DNA of 57,032 nt, from assembly GCA_040877935.1 (NCBI GenBank), contig JBBDNB010000050.1, positions 1 through 57,032 on the forward strand, read 5' to 3'. The notes beneath the pieces were generated by a model that worked only from the letters and a program-made list of their open reading frames with translations, did no database searches and was not told where the DNA came from. The translations under genes were made by a program, and so were the position numbers. Origin of the DNA: Chitinophagales bacterium (GTDB lineage Bacteria > Bacteroidota > Bacteroidia > Chitinophagales > CAIOSU01). Of this stretch, positions 55,225 to 57,032 are shown in pieces (the first letter of the stretch is position 1; every line of letters starts with the position of its first letter).

Positions 55225-56841
55225 TCACCAATCGATTGGGCGGTAATCTTTTAGGAATTTTCCGCACCAATGTTTGCCCGTATTGATGCCATCAAATAAA
55301 GGATCGAGTACTCGTGCTGCGCCATCCACAATATCCAGGGGAGGCTGAAAATCGTGCACTTCTTGTTTTTTCTTTGCCAATTCAGCAGGATCTTCATCCG
55401 TTACCCAACCGGTATCTACCGCATTCATATAAATTCCGTATTTCGCCAGATCCGAAGCAGAAGTATGTGTCATCATGTTAAGGGCGGCCTTTGCCATATT
55501 GGTATGCGGATGTCGCGCTTCTTTGTGCCAGCGGTGGAATTTACCCTCCATTGCCGATACGTTAATGATGTGCTTCATCCCGGTATTGTCTTTTTTCATC
55601 AAATTCGCCAATCGATTGCACAATACAAATGGCGCCACTGAATTGACCAATTGCACTTCCAGCATCTCTGTGGTATTGACTTCTCCCAATTTCAATCGCC
55701 AACTGTTGGTTTTTCTCAAATCCACTTGTTGTAGATCTGCATCCAGTTTTCCTTCGGGAAATACCTCCTCTGGACTGAGGGAATTATCAATACTGTAGGG
55801 TATTTGCGAAAGTTTGGCCGAGGCACTCAAGCCAATGCCCAGTTGCTTGCCATGCCAGCTTACGGGCAGATTTTTTTGTTCTCCTTTGGCAAATCCGCTG
55901 CTCAAGCTTCTCAATTCCTGAATACACGCTTCGTGATCGCTCAGTAGTTGTTGGGCGAATTTCGGCAATGCATCAAATGAGCGCTCTTCATTGGGCATTA
56001 AATGCTGATAAAATCCGGCAGGTCGCCTCACGGTTTGTGCGGCATTATTGATCAATACATCCAATCGTTCGTATTCCTGCTCAATGAAATTGCAAAAAAT
56101 CTCAACGCTGGGAATATGCCTTAGATCCAAACCGTGAATTTTCAGTCGATTGGCCCAATCTGGATAATCAGCTTCTTTGGAAAAACGCAAAGCGGAATCG
56201 ACCGGAAAACGGGTGGTGGCAATAACGGTAGCACCTGCTCGCAACAACATTAAAGTAATGTGATAGCCTATTTTTAACCTTGATCCGGTTACCAATGCCA
56301 CTTGTCCCCGCAAATCGGCACTTTGAAATCGTTTGGCGTAATTGAAATCGCCACATTCCTTGCACATGGTATCGTAAAAGTGGTGCAGCTTATTGAATGT
56401 GGCTTTGCACACGTAGCAATTTCTGGGAGAGTTCAACTCCACTTCTTCCTTTGCTTCCGAGCCATTCAGCGCAATCATTTCCGGTGCTTCGAAAATTGTG
56501 GCTTCACGGGCAGATCTTATCCCGGTTTTGTTGCGGGAGTGTTTGTCCTTTTCCTTGAGTTTCCTTTTGGCAGCCTTCTTAGCATCTTTCACCCGCCTGG
56601 AAAATTCTTCCCGGCTCGGCCTTGAAATCAATCCGGCTGCTTTTAAAAGTGCAATGCGTTTTTCCTTGGGAATTTCAAATATTTGATTGGTATCTGCATT
56701 GAGTTGCTCTAAAATGGAAATACACTGATCTATCTGATCTTGGGTCAAGCTATTGGGCTTCTTCTCATCATTATTCTGCTCTTGTGGCATATTGCTGCAT
56801 TGAAATGCAAAAGTACTCAGATATTTATTAGGGAATAGCAA
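55225..56841 (-). CDS. SDR-family oxidoreductase with a ~170-aa N-terminal extension containing a Cys-rich (zinc-ribbon-like) segment
   Basis: Seen: [14 protein letters not shown] Rossmann motif. The N-terminal extension contains [25 protein letters not shown], preceded by a K/R-rich segment. Confidence 0.55.
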   Translation of the reverse strand: MLFPNKYLSTFAFQCSNMPQEQNNDEKKPNSLTQDQIDQCISILEQLNADTNQIFEIPKEKRIALLKAAGLISRPSREEFSRRVKDAKKAAKRKLKEKDKHSRNKTGIRSAREATIFEAPEMIALNGSEAKEEVELNSPRNCYVCKATFNKLHHFYDTMCKECGDFNYAKRFQSADLRGQVALVTGSRLKIGYHITLMLLRAGATVIATTRFPVDSALRFSKEADYPDWANRLKIHGLDLRHIPSVEIFCNFIEQEYERLDVLINNAAQTVRRPAGFYQHLMPNEERSFDALPKFAQQLLSDHEACIQELRSLSSGFAKGEQKNLPVSWHGKQLGIGLSASAKLSQIPYSIDNSLSPEEVFPEGKLDADLQQVDLRKTNSWRLKLGEVNTTEMLEVQLVNSVAPFVLCNRLANLMKKDNTGMKHIINVSAMEGKFHRWHKEARHPHTNMAKAALNMMTHTSASDLAKYGIYMNAVDTGWVTDEDPAELAKKKQEVHDFQPPLDIVDGAARVLDPLFDGINTGKHWCGKFLKDYRPIDW

Positions 56842-57032
56842 GAAATTTACTCGATAATCGAGATTTAAACCTGTCCGACTAAGCAGGCGGGTGCTTCGAG
56901 GCTTGCCTCGTAATCAAAAGTATTTTTTCCAAATAAATGCCCCGTGGGCTTGCCCCGAGGTTGTTTATTTGCTCACAAACTGTCCTTTAGTATTGCAGTG
57001 AAGTAAAAATGGAAACATAGTTATTATCACCA

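Noticed and set aside
1-57032. CRISPR array, rRNA, integrase, transposase or IS element
   Set aside because: No regularly spaced direct repeats, no rRNA-like segments, and no recombinase or transposase motifs were found in any ORF of the window.

Overview
This 57 kb window looks like a chromosomal segment from a Bacteroidota genome. Evidence for that: roughly 38-40% GC, no Shine-Dalgarno signals, a T9SS C-terminal sorting domain, gldC, and adjacent parE-parC (topoisomerase IV). Everything here is inferred by eye from the sequence and the ORF track; no database searches were run.

Most of the window is housekeeping genes packed at high coding density: parE/parC, dnaB, dnaG, clpP, ychF, rsmI, purS, an inositol monophosphatase, a CsaA-like tRNA-binding protein, and two tRNA-Leu genes (CAG and GAG).

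The parts that deserve a second look:
- A five-gene signalling operon on the minus strand (1.5-10.2 kb). It is led by a 1740-aa CheB-CheR-PAS/GAF-histidine kinase fusion, followed by a membrane histidine kinase, two single-domain receivers, and a receiver-PAS protein that ends in a phosphoacceptor domain with no ATPase domain.
- A family-1 encapsulin shell gene with an upstream ferritin-like cargo gene that carries a C-terminal targeting peptide.
- Three toxin-antitoxin or abortive-infection loci: a ParE-type pair, an AbiEii nucleotidyltransferase with an unusually short partner, and a decayed antitoxin plus truncated PIN toxin.
- A class II Fic gene and the AbiE pair flanking tRNA-Leu(GAG), with no integrase present.
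- A clearly low-GC orphan gene (286 aa) with no recognisable domains.
- Non-coding structure not explained by any gene: a roughly 35-bp imperfect palindromic repeat present in four intergenic copies, a 44-bp perfect palindrome, GTACA-type direct repeats upstream of the signalling operon, a GC-rich hairpin between two receiver genes, and several intrinsic terminators.

I found no CRISPR array, rRNA, integrase or transposase. Several annotated start codons were moved inward from the longest-ORF call and are noted in the feature evidence.
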